Source of the DNA: Nemertoderma westbladi
Lineage: Eukaryota; Animalia; Xenacoelomorpha
NCBI GenBank assembly: GCA_032718475.1
Contig: JAUCBJ010000923.1
Location: forward strand, 1-64,000
Direction: 5' to 3'
DNA length: 64,000 bases
Made by a program: the position numbers and the translations under genes. How positions within the stretch are numbered: the stretch's first letter is position 1; every line of letters begins with the position of its first letter. Below are positions 34,901-48,842 of the stretch, piece by piece. Under the pieces are notes generated by a model. That model worked only from the letters and a program-made list of their open reading frames with translations, did no database searches and was not told the DNA's origin.

Positions 34901-37900
34901 TTGGGTGGGGACATATTGTTATCTGATTTAATTAATTAGTGTTTAGTTATATAAAGATTGGGTGGGGACATATTGTTATCTGATTTAATTAATTAGTGTT
35001 TAGTTATATAAAGATTGGGTGGGGACATATTGTTATCTGATTTAATTAATTAGTGTTTAGTTATATAAAGATTGGGTGGGGACATATTGTTATCTGATTT
35101 AATTAATTAGTGTTTAGTTATATAAAGATTGGGTGGGGACATATTGTTATCTGATTTAATTAATTAGTGTTTAGTTATATAAAGATTGGGTGGGGACATA
35201 TTGTTATCTGATTTAATTAATTAGTGTTTAGTTATATAAAGATTGGGTGGGGACATATTGTTATCTGATTTAATTAATTAGTGTTTAGTTATATAAAGAT
35301 TGGGTGGGGACATATTGTTATATGATTTAATTAATTAGTGTTTAGTTATATAAAGATTGGGTGGGGACATATTGTTATCTGATTTAATTAATTAGTGTTT
35401 AGTTATATAAAGATTGGGTGGGGACATATTGTTATCTGATTTAATTAATTAGTGTTTAGTTATATAAAGATTGGGTGGGGACATATTGTTATCTGATTTA
35501 ATTAATTAGTGTTTAGTTATATAAAGATTGGGTGGGGACATATTGTTATCTGATTTAATTAATTAGTGTTTAGTTATATAAAGATTGGGTGGGGACATAT
35601 TGTTATCTGATTTAATTAATTAGTGTTTAGTTATATAAAGATTGGGTGGGGACATATTGTTATCTGATTTAATTAATTAGTGTTTAGTTATATAAAGATT
35701 GGGTGGGGACATATTGTTATCTGATTTAATTAATTAGTGTTTAGTTATATAAAGATTGGGTGGGGACATATTGTTATCTGATTTAATTAATTAGTGTTTA
35801 GTTATATAAAGATTGGGTGGGGACATATTGTTATATGATTTAATTAATTAGTGTTTAGTTATATAAAGATTGGGTGGGGACATATTGTTATCTGATTTAA
35901 TTAATTAGTGTTTAGTTATATAAAGATTGGGTGGGGACATATTGTTATCTGATTTAATTAATTAGTGTTTAGTTATATAAAGATTGGGTGGGGACATATT
36001 GTTATCTGATTTAATTAATTAGTGTTTAGTTATATAAAGATTGGGTGGGGACATATTGTTATCTGATTTAATTAATTAGTGTTTAGTTATATAAAGATTG
36101 GGTGGGGACATATTGTTATATGATTTAATTAATTAGTGTTTAGTTATATAAAGATTGGGTGGGGACATATTGTTATCTGATTTAATTAATTAGTGTTTAG
36201 TTATATAAAGATTGGGTGGGGACATATTGTTATCTGATTTAATTAATTAGTGTTTAGTTATATAAAGATTGGGTGGGGACATATTGTTATATGATTTAAT
36301 TAATTAGTGTTTAGTTATATAAAGATTGGGTGGGGACATATTGTTATATGATTTAATTAATTAGTGTTTAGTTATATAAAGATTGGGTGGGGACATATTG
36401 TTATATGATTTAATTAATTAGTGTTTAGTTATATAAAGATTGGGTGGGGACATATTGTTATATGATTTAATTAATTAGTGTTTAGTTATATAAAGATTGG
36501 GTGGGGACATATTGTTATATGATTTAATTAATTAGTGTTTAGTTATATAAAGATTGGGTGGGGACATATTGTTATATGATTTAATTAATTAGTGTTTAGT
36601 TATATAAAGATTGGGTGGGGACATATTGTTATATGATTTAATTAATTAGTGTTTAGTTATATAAAGATTGGGTGGGGACATATTGTTATATGATTTAATT
36701 AATTAGTGTTTAGTTATATAAAGATTGGGTGGGGACATATTGTTATATGATTTAATTAATTAGTGTTTAGTTAGTTAAAGATTGGGTGGGTACATATTGT
36801 TATCTGATTTAATTAATTAGTGTTTAGTTAGTTAAAGATTGGGTGGGGACATATTGTTATATGATTTAATTAATTAGTGTTTAGTTATATAAAGATTGGG
36901 TGGGGACATATTGTTATCTGATTTAATTAATTAGTGTTTAGTTATATAAAGATTGGGTGGGGACATATTGTTATATGATTTAATTAATTAGTGTTTAGTT
37001 ATATAAAGATTGGGTGGGGACATATTGTTATATGATTTAATTAATTAGTGTTTAGTTATATAAAGATTGGGTGGGGACATATTGTTATATGATTTAATTA
37101 ATTAGTGTTTAGTTATATAAAGATTGGGTGGGGACATATTGTTATATGATTTAATTAATTAGTGTTTAGTTATATAAAGATTGGGTGGGGACATATTGTT
37201 ATATGATTTAATTAATTAGTGTTTAGTTATATAAAGATTGGGTGGGGACATATTGTTATATGATTTAATTAATTAGTGTTTAGTTAGTTAAAGATTGGGT
37301 GGGTACATATTGTTATCTGATTTAATTAATTAGTGTTTAGTTAGTTAAAGATTGGGTGGGGACATATTGTTATATGATTTAATTAATTAGTGTTTAGTTA
37401 GTTAAAGATTGGGTGGGGACATATTGTTATATGATTTAATTAATTAGTGTTTAGTTATATAAAGATTGGGTGGGGACATATTGTTATATGATTTAATTAA
37501 TTAGTGTTTAGTTAGTTAAAGATTGGGTGGGTACATATTGTTATCTGATTTAATTAATTAGTGTTTAGTTAGTTAAAGATTGGGTGGGGACATATTGTTA
37601 TCTGATTTAATTAATTAGTGTTTAGTTAGTTAAAGATTGGGTGGGGACATATTGTTATATGATTTAATTAATTAGTGTTTAGTTATATAAAGATTGGGTG
37701 GGGACATATTGTTATATGATTTAATTAATTAGTGTTTAGTTATATAAAGATTGGGTGGGGACATATTGTTATATGATTTAATTAATTAGTGTTTAGTTAG
37801 TTAAAGATTGGGTGGGTACATATTGTTATCTGATTTAATTAATTAGTGTTTAGTTAGTTAAAGATTGGGTGGGGACATATTGTTATCTGATTTAATTAAT

Positions 37901-40900
37901 TAGTGTTTAGTTAGTTAAAGATTGGGTGGGGACATATTGTTATCTGATTTAATTAATTAGTGTTTAGTTAGTTAAAGATTGGGTGGGGACATATTGTTAT
38001 ATGATTTAATTAATTAGTGTTTAGTTATATAAAGATTGGGTGGGGACATATTGTTATATGATTTAATTAATTAGTGTTTAGTTATATAAAGATTGGGTGG
38101 GGACATATTGTTATATGATTTAATTAATTAGTGTTTAGTTAGTTAAAGATTGGGTGGGGACATATTGTTATCTGATTTAATTAATTAGTGTTTAGTTAGT
38201 TAAAGATTGGGTGGGGACATATTGTTATATGATTTAATTAATTAGTGTTTAGTTAGTTAAAGATTGGGTGGGGACATATTGTTATCTGATTTAATTAATT
38301 AGTGTTTAGTTAGTTAAAGATTGGGTGGGGACATATTGTTATATGATTTAATTAATTAGTGTTTAGTTATATAAAGATTGGGTGGGGACATATTGTTATA
38401 TGATTTAATTAATTAGTGTTTAGTTATATAAAGATTGGGTGGGGACATATTGTTATATGATTTAATTAATTAGTGTTTAGTTAGTTAAAGATTGGGTGGG
38501 TACATATTGTTATCTGATTTAATTAATTAGTGTTTAGTTAGTTAAAGATTGGGTGGGGACATATTGTTATCTGATTTAATTAATTAGTGTTTAGTTATAT
38601 AAAGATTGGGTGGGGACATATTGTTATATGATTTAATTAATTAGTGTTTAGTTATATAAAGATTGGGTGGGGACATATTGTTATATGATTTAATTAATTA
38701 GTGTTTAGTTAGTTAAAGATTGGGTGGGGACATATTGTTATATGATTTAATTAATTAGTGTTTAGTTATATAAAGATTGGGTGGGGACATATTGTTATAT
38801 GATTTAATTAATTAGTGTTTAGTTAGTTAAAGATTGGGTGGGGACATATTGTTATATGATTTAATTAATTAGTGTTTAGTTAGTTAAAGATTGGGTGGGG
38901 ACATATTGTTATCTGATTTAATTAATTAGTGTTTAGTTATATAAAGATTGGGTGGGGACATATTGTTATCTGATTTAATTAATTAGTGTTTAGTTAGTTA
39001 AAGATTGGGTGGGGATATATTGTTATCTGATTTAATTAATTAGTGTTTAGTTAGTTAAAGATTGGGTGGGGACATATTGTTATATGATTTAATTAATTAG
39101 TGTTTAGTTATATAAAGATTGGGTGGGGACATATTGTTATATGATTTAATTAATTAGTGTTTAGTTATATAAAGATTGGGTGGGGACATATTGTTATCTG
39201 ATTTAATTAATTAGTGTTTAGTTAGTTAAAGATTGGGTGGGGACATATTGTTATCTGATTTAATTAATTAGTGTTTAGTTATATAAAGATTGGGTGGGGA
39301 CATATTGTTATATGATTTAATTAATTAGTGTTTAGTTATATAAAGATTGGGTGGGGACATATTGTTATATGATTTAATTAATTAGTGTTTAGTTAGTTAA
39401 AGATTGGGTGGGGACATATTGTTATATGATTTAATTAATTAGTGTTTAGTTATATAAAGATTGGGTGGGGACATATTGTTATATGATTTAATTAATTAGT
39501 GTTTAGTTAGTTAAAGATTGGGTGGGGACATATTGTTATATGATTTAATTAATTAGTGTTTAGTTAGTTAAAGATTGGGTGGGGACATATTGTTATCTGA
39601 TTTAATTAATTAGTGTTTAGTTATATAAAGATTGGGTGGGGACATATTGTTATCTGATTTAATTAATTAGTGTTTAGTTAGTTAAAGATTGGGTGGGGAT
39701 ATATTGTTATCTGATTTAATTAATTAGTGTTTAGTTAGTTAAAGATTGGGTGGGGACATATTGTTATATGATTTAATTAATTAGTGTTTAGTTAGTTAAA
39801 GATTGGGTGGGGACATATTGTTATATGATTTAATTAATTAGTGTTTAGTTAGTTAAAGATTGGGTGGGGACATATTGTTATCTGATTTAATTAATTAGTG
39901 TTTAGTTATATAAAGATTGGGTGGGGACATATTGTTATATGATTTAATTAATTAGTGTTTAGTTAGTTAAAGATTGGGTGGGGACATATTGTTATCTGAT
40001 TTAATTAATTAGTGTTTAGTTATATAAAGATTGGGTGGGGACATATTGTTATATGATTTAATTAATTAGTGTTTAGTTAGTTAAAGATTGGGTGGGGACA
40101 TATTGTTATCTGATTTAATTAATTAGTGTTTAGTTATATAAAGATTGGGTGGGGACATATTGTTATATGATTTAATTAATTAGTGTTTAGTTAGTTAAAG
40201 ATTGGGTGGGGACATATTGTTATATGATTTAATTAATTAGTGTTTAGTTAGTTAAAGATTGGGTGGGGACATATTGTTATCTGATTTAATTAATTAGTGT
40301 TTAGTTATATAAAGATTGGGTGGGGACATATTGTTATCTGATTTAATTAATTAGTGTTTAGTTAGTTAAAGATTGGGTGGGGATATATTGTTATCTGATT
40401 TAATTAATTAGTGTTTAGTTAGTTAAAGATTGGGTGGGGACATATTGTTATATGATTTAATTAATTAGTGTTTAGTTAGTTAAAGATTGGGTGGGGACAT
40501 ATTGTTATATGATTTAATTAATTAGTGTTTAGTTAGTTAAAGATTGGGTGGGGATATATTGTTATCTGATTTAATTAATTAGTGTTTAGTTAGTTAAAGA
40601 TTGGGTGGGGACATATTGTTATCTGATTTAATTAATTAGTGTTTAGTTAGTTAAAGATTGGGTGGGGACATATTGTTATATGATTTAATTAATTAGTGTT
40701 TAGTTAGTTAAAGATTGGGTGGGGACATATTGTTATCTGATTTAATTAATTAGTGTTTAGTTAGTTAAAGATTGGGTGGGGACATATTGTTATCTGATTT
40801 AATTAATTAGTGTTTAGTTATATAAAGATTGGGTGGGGACATATTGTTATCTGATTTAATTAATTAGTGTTTAGTTAGTTAAAGATTGGGTGGGGATATA

Positions 40901-43900
40901 TTGTTATCTGATTTAATTAATTAGTGTTTAGTTAGTTAAAGATTGGGTGGGGACATATTGTTATATGATTTAATTAATTAGTGTTTAGTTAGTTAAAGAT
41001 TGGGTGGGGACATATTGTTATATGATTTAATTAATTAGTGTTTAGTTAGTTAAAGATTGGGTGGGGATATATTGTTATCTGATTTAATTAATTAGTGTTT
41101 AGTTAGTTAAAGATTGGGTGGGGACATATTGTTATATGATTTAATTAATTAGTGTTTAGTTAGTTAAAGATTGGGTGGGGACATATTGTTATATGATTTA
41201 ATTAATTAGTGTTTAGTTAGTTAAAGATTGGGTGGGGACATATTGTTATCTGATTTAATTAATTAGTGTTTAGTTATATAAAGATTGGGTGGGGACATAT
41301 TGTTATATGATTTAATTAATTAGTGTTTAGTTAGTTAAAGATTGGGTGGGGACATATTGTTATCTGATTTAATTAATTAGTGTTTAGTTATATAAAGATT
41401 GGGTGGGGACATATTGTTATATGATTTAATTAATTAGTGTTTAGTTAGTTAAAGATTGGGTGGGGACATATTGTTATCTGATTTAATTAATTAGTGTTTA
41501 GTTATATAAAGATTGGGTGGGGACATATTGTTATATGATTTAATTAATTAGTGTTTAGTTAGTTAAAGATTGGGTGGGGACATATTGTTATATGATTTAA
41601 TTAATTAGTGTTTAGTTAGTTAAAGATTGGGTGGGGACATATTGTTATCTGATTTAATTAATTAGTGTTTAGTTATATAAAGATTGGGTGGGGACATATT
41701 GTTATCTGATTTAATTAATTAGTGTTTAGTTAGTTAAAGATTGGGTGGGGACATATTGTTATCTGATTTAATTAATTAGTGTTTAGTTAGTTAAAGATTG
41801 GGTGGGGACATATTGTTATATGATTTAATTAATTAGTGTTTAGTTAGTTAAAGATTGGGTGGGGACATATTGTTATATGATTTAATTAATTAGTGTTTAG
41901 TTAGTTAAAGATTGGGTGGGGACATATTGTTATCTGATTTAATTAATTAGTGTTTAGTTAGTTAAAGATTGGGTGGGGACATATTGTTATATGATTTAAT
42001 TAATTAGTGTTTAGTTAGTTAAAGATTGGGTGGGGACATATTGTTATATGATTTAATTAATTAGTGTTTAGTTAGTTAAAGATTGGGTGGGGACATATTG
42101 TTATCTGATTTAATTAATTAGTGTTTAGTTATATAAAGATTGGGTGGGGACATATTGTTATATGATTTAATTAATTAGTGTTTAGTTAGTTAAAGATTGG
42201 GTGGGGACATATTGTTATCTGATTTAATTAATTAGTGTTTAGTTATATAAAGATTGGGTGGGGACATATTGTTATATGATTTAATTAATTAGTGTTTAGT
42301 TAGTTAAAGATTGGGTGGGGACATATTGTTATCTGATTTAATTAATTAGTGTTTAGTTATATAAAGATTGGGTGGGGACATATTGTTATCTGATTTAATT
42401 AATTAGTGTTTAGTTAGTTAAAGATTGGGTGGGGACATATTGTTATATGATTTAATTAATTAGTGTTTAGTTAGTTAAAGATTGGGTGGGGACATATTGT
42501 TATCTGATTTAATTAATTAGTGTTTAGTTATATAAAGATTGGGTGGGGACATATTGTTATATGATTTAATTAATTAGTGTTTAGTTAGTTAAAGATTGGG
42601 TGGGGACATATTGTTATCTGATTTAATTAATTAGTGTTTAGTTATATAAAGATTGGGTGGGGACATATTGTTATCTGATTTAATTAATTAGTGTTTAGTT
42701 ATATAAAGATTGGGTGGGGACATATTGTTATCTGATTTAATTAATTAGTGTTTAGTTATATAAAGATTGGGTGGGGACATATTGTTATATGATTTAATTA
42801 ATTAGTGTTTAGTTAGTTAAAGATTGGGTGGGGACATATTGTTATCTGATTTAATTAATTAGTGTTTAGTTATATAAAGATTGGGTGGGGACATATTGTT
42901 ATATGATTTAATTAATTAGTGTTTAGTTAGTTAAAGATTGGGTGGGGACATATTGTTATATGATTTAATTAATTAGTGTTTAGTTAGTTAAAGATTGGGT
43001 GGGGACATATTGTTATCTGATTTAATTAATTAGTGTTTAGTTATATAAAGATTGGGTGGGGACATATTGTTATCTGATTTAATTAATTAGTGTTTAGTTA
43101 GTTAAAGATTGGGTGGGGACATATTGTTATATGATTTAATTAATTAGTGTTTAGTTAGTTAAAGATTGGGTGGGGACATATTGTTATCTGATTTAATTAA
43201 TTAGTGTTTAGTTATATAAAGATTGGGTGGGGACATATTGTTATATGATTTAATTAATTAGTGTTTAGTTAGTTAAAGATTGGGTGGGGACATATTGTTA
43301 TCTGATTTAATTAATTAGTGTTTAGTTATATAAAGATTGGGTGGGGACATATTGTTATCTGATTTAATTAATTAGTGTTTAGTTATATAAAGATTGGGTG
43401 GGGACATATTGTTATCTGATTTAATTAATTAGTGTTTAGTTATATAAAGATTGGGTGGGGACATATTGTTATATGATTTAATTAATTAGTGTTTAGTTAG
43501 TTAAAGATTGGGTGGGGACATATTGTTATCTGATTTAATTAATTAGTGTTTAGTTATATAAAGATTGGGTGGGGACATATTGTTATCTGATTTAATTAAT
43601 TAGTGTTTAGTTAGTTAAAGATTGGGTGGGGACATATTGTTATATGATTTAATTAATTAGTGTTTAGTTAGTTAAAGATTGGGTGGGGACATATTGTTAT
43701 ATGATTTAATTAATTAGTGTTTAGTTAGTTAAAGATTGGGTGGGGACATATTGTTATCTGATTTAATTAATTAGTGTTTAGTTAGTTAAAGATTGGGTGG
43801 GGACATATTGTTATCTGATTTAATTAATTAGTGTTTAGTTATATAAAGATTGGGTGGGGACATATTGTTATATGATTTAATTAATTAGTGTTTAGTTAGT

Positions 43901-46900
43901 TAAAGATTGGGTGGGGACATATTGTTATCTGATTTAATTAATTAGTGTTTAGTTATATAAAGATTGGGTGGGTACATATTGTTATCTGATTTAATTAATT
44001 AGTGTTTAGTTAGTTAAAGATTGGGTGGGGACATATTGTTATCTGATTTAATTAATTAGTGTTTAGTTATATAAAGATTGGGTGGGGACATATTGTTATA
44101 TGATTTAATTAATTAGTGTTTAGTTAGTTAAAGATTGGGTGGGGACATATTGTTATCTGATTTAATTAATTAGTGTTTAGTTATATAAAGATTGGGTGGG
44201 TACATATTGTTATCTGATTTAATTAATTAGTGTTTAGTTAGTTAAAGATTGGGTGGGGACATATTGTTATCTGATTTAATTAATTAGTGTTTAGTTAGTT
44301 AAAGATTGGGTGGGGACATATTGTTATATGATTTAATTAATTAGTGTTTAGTTAGTTAAAGATTGGGTGGGGACATATTGTTATCTGATTTAATTAATTA
44401 GTGTTTAGTTAGTTAAAGATTGGGTGGGGACATATTGTTATCTGATTTAATTAATTAGTGTTTAGTTATATAAAGATTGGGTGGGGACATATTGTTATAT
44501 GATTTAATTAATTAGTGTTTAGTTAGTTAAAGATTGGGTGGGGACATATTGTTATCTGATTTAATTAATTAGTGTTTAGTTATATAAAGATTGGGTGGGT
44601 ACATATTGTTATCTGATTTAATTAATTAGTGTTTAGTTAGTTAAAGATTGGGTGGGGACATATTGTTATCTGATTTAATTAATTAGTGTTTAGTTATATA
44701 AAGATTGGGTGGGGACATATTGTTATATGATTTAATTAATTAGTGTTTAGTTAGTTAAAGATTGGGTGGGGACATATTGTTATCTGATTTAATTAATTAG
44801 TGTTTAGTTATATAAAGATTGGGTGGGTACATATTGTTATCTGATTTAATTAATTAGTGTTTAGTTAGTTAAAGATTGGGTGGGGACATATTGTTATCTG
44901 ATTTAATTAATTAGTGTTTAGTTAGTTAAAGATTGGGTGGGGACATATTGTTATATGATTTAATTAATTAGTGTTTAGTTATATAAAGATTGGGTGGGGA
45001 CATATTGTTATCTGATTTAATTAATTAGTGTTTAGTTAGTTAAAGATTGGGTGGGGACATATTGTTATCTGATTTAATTAATTAGTGTTTAGTTAGTTAA
45101 AGATTGGGTGGGGACATATTGTTATATGATTTAATTAATTAGTGTTTAGTTATATAAAGATTGGGTGGGGACATATTGTTATCTGATTTAATTAATTAGT
45201 GTTTAGTTATATAAAGATTGGGTGGGGACATATTGTTATCTGATTTAATTAATTAGTGTTTAGTTATATAAAGATTGGGTGGGGACATATTGTTATCTGA
45301 TTTAATTAATTAGTGTTTAGTTAGTTAAAGATTGGGTGGGGACATATTGTTATATGATTTAATTAATTAGTGTTTAGTTAGTTAAAGATTGGGTGGGGAC
45401 ATATTGTTATATGATTTAATTAATTAGTGTTTAGTTATATAAAGATTGGGTGGGGACATATTGTTATCTGATTTAATTAATTAGTGTTTAGTTATATAAA
45501 GATTGGGTGGGGACATATTGTTATCTGATTTAATTAATTAGTGTTTAGTTATATAAAGATTGGGTGGGGACATATTGTTATATGATTTAATTAATTAGTG
45601 TTTAGTTATATAAAGATTGGGTAGGGGACATATTGTTATATGATTTAATTAATTAGTGTTTAGTTATATAAAGATTGGGTGGGGACATATTGTTATCTGA
45701 TTTAATTAATTAGTGTTTAGTTATATAAAGATTGGGTGGGGACATATTGTTATCTGATTTAATTAATTAGTGTTTAGTTATATAAAGATTGGGTGGGGAC
45801 ATATTGTTATATGATTTAATTAATTAGTGTTTAGTTATATAAAGATTGGGTGGGGACATATTGTTATCTGATTTAATTAATTAGTGTTTAGTTATATAAA
45901 GATTGGGTGGGTACATATTGTTATCTGATTTAATTAATTAGTGTTTAGTTAGATAAAGATTGGGTGGGGACATATTGTTATCTGATTTAATTAATTAGTG
46001 TTTAGTTATATAAAGATTGGGTGGGGACATATTGTTATATGATTTAATTAATTAGTGTTTAGTTATATAAAGATTGGGTGGGGACATATTGTTATCTGAT
46101 TTAATTAATTAGTGTTTAGTTATATAAAGATTGGGTGGGGACATATTGTTATATGATTTAATTAATTAGTGTTTAGTTATATAAAGATTGGGTGGGGACA
46201 TATTGTTATCTGATTTAATTAATTAGTGTTTAGTTATATAAAGATTGGGTGGGGACATATTGTTATCTGATTTAATTAATTAGTGTTTAGTTATATAAAG
46301 ATTGGGTGGGGACATATTGTTATATGATTTAATTAATTAGTGTTTAGTTATATAAAGATTGGGTGGGGACATATTGTTATCTGATTTAATTAATTAGTGT
46401 TTAGTTATATAAAGATTGGGTGGGGACATATTGTTATCTGATTTAATTAATTAGTGTTTAGTTATATAAAGATTGGGTGGGGACATATTGTTATCTGATT
46501 TAATTAATTAGTGTTTAGTTATATAAAGATTGGGTGGGGACATATTGTTATCTGATTTAATTAATTAGTGTTTAGTTATATAAAGATTGGGTGGGTACAT
46601 ATTGTTATCTGATTTAATTAATTAGTGTTTAGTAAGATAAAGATTGGGTGGGGACATATTGTTATCTGATTTAATTAATTAGTGTTTAGTTATATAAAGA
46701 TTGGGTGGGGACATATTGTTATCTGATTTAATTAATTAGTGTTTAGTTATATAAAGATTGGGTGGGGACATATTGTTATCTGATTTAATTAATTAGTGTT
46801 TAGTTATATAAAGATTGGGTGGGGACATATTGTTATATGATTTAATTAATTAGTGTTTAGTTATATAAAGATTGGGTGGGGACATATTGTTATCTGATTT

Positions 46901-48104
46901 AATTAATTAGTGTTTAGTTATATAAAGATTGGGTGGGGACATATTGTTATATGATTTAATTAATTAGTGTTTAGTTATATAAAGATTGGGTGGGGACATA
47001 TTGTTATATGATTTAATTAATTAGTGTTTAGTTATATAAAGATTGGGTGGGGACATATTGTTATCTGATTTAATTAATTAGTGTTTAGTTATATAAAGAT
47101 TGGGTGGGGACATATTGTTATCTGATTTAATTAATTAGTGTTTAGTAAGATAAAGATTGGGTGGGGACATATTGTTATCTGATTTAATTAATTAGTGTTT
47201 AGTTATATAAAGATTGGGTGGGGACATATTGTTATCTGATTTAATTAATTAGTGTTTAGTTATATAAAGATTGGGTGGGGACATATTGTTATCTGATTTA
47301 ATTAATTAGTGTTTAGTTATATAAAGATTGGGTGGGGACATATTGTTATATGATTTAATTAATTAGTGTTTAGTTATATAAAGATTGGGTGGGGACATAT
47401 TGTTATCTGATTTAATTAATTAGTGTTTAGTTATATAAAGATTGGGTGGGGACATATTGTTATATGATTTAATTAATTAGTGTTTAGTTATATAAAGATT
47501 GGGTGGGGACATATTGTTATCTGATTTAATTAATTAGTGTTTAGTTATATAAAGATTGGGTGGGGACATATTGTTATCTGATTTAATTAATTAGTGTTTA
47601 GTTATATAAAGATTGGGTGGGGACATATTGTTATATGATTTAATTAATTAGTGTTTAGTTATATAAAGATTGGGTGGGGACATATTGTTATCTGATTTAA
47701 TTAATTAGTGTTTAGTTATATAAAGATTGGGTGGGTACATATTGTTATCTGATTTAATTAATTAGTGTTTAGTAAGATAAAGATTGGGTGGGGACATATT
47801 GTTATCTGATTTAATTAATTAGTGTTTAGTTATATAAAGATTGGGTGGGGACATATTGTTATATGATTTAATTAATTAGTGTTTAGTTATATAAAGATTG
47901 GGTGGGGACATATTGTTATCTGATTTAATTAATTAGTGTTTAGTTATATAAAGATTGGGTGGGGACATATTGTTATATGATTTAATTAATTAGTGTTTAG
48001 TTATATAAAGATTGGGTGGGGACATATTGTTATCTGATTTAATTAATTAGTGTTTAGTTATATAAAGATTGGGTGGGGACATATTGTTATCTGATTTAAT
48101 TAAT
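28928..48104. repeat. 57-bp AT-rich satellite, about 336 copies (19.2 kb), intronic
   Basis: Unit ATATTGTTATCTGATTTAATTAATTAGTGTTTAGTTATATAAAGATTGGGTGGGGAC with a handful of recurrent variants. Confidence 0.98.
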
Positions 48105-48329
48105 ATAATTAAAAAATAACAACTTATTATTGATGATTTTCAAGTTTACATCGAGGATTATTAAGGTGGGAGGAGGCAGAAGCAGAATACAGACTTTAGT
48201 AATAAGTAAAACAGTCTAACTTGTCGGTCTGTCTTACGTTTTAACAGACATATTGGCAGGCAGATATTATACGATAACTCGAAAACTAAAACAAAACTCT
48301 CTAAGCCGTTTTCAGATTTGAAATCCCCA

Positions 48330-48700
48330 TTAAATGCAAAGATTCAAAATATGTAACACAATCAGCATTTCGTTATAAATAGCTGAGATATGAGCGATCA
48401 AAAATCACATGATTATGCAGACCTGAGCGAGGCTGATTTATTCTATTTAATAAAAACACCATATTCTGGAACATTATGTTTATGTATGAATAGCTATGTA
48501 ATAGTATAATTAAAGAGGAAATTGCATTGTTCCCTATACGTATGGGATAAAGACGATGTTCCAGAATATGGTTTATTTTCATTAAATAGAATAAAATAGC
48601 CTTGAGCAAGTCCAAAACCATGCAACATATGAACGCCCATATCTCAGCTATTTTACGACGAAATTCAGATTGTGTTACATATTTGGAATCCTTGCGTGGC
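48330..48700. mobile_element. MITE-like element with about 60-bp imperfect inverted repeats
   Basis: AAGATTCAAAATATGTAACACAATC...AAATAGCTGAGATATGAGCG (about 48339-48397) is inversely matched by CGCCCATATCTCAGCTATTT...GATTGTGTTACATATTTGGAATCCTT (about 48634-48693); outer ends not defined. Confidence 0.6.
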
Positions 48701-48842
48701 CAGCTTTGTTACAGTATTAACAAATCGATGTAAGGTTGAAGAATAACTGCTGAGTAAATGGTGCAATATCGACAGAGACACCTATTTCAAACGCATTAAG
48801 CTAAAGAAAGAAAGCGAAAATAATAATTCTGATCTGACTATA

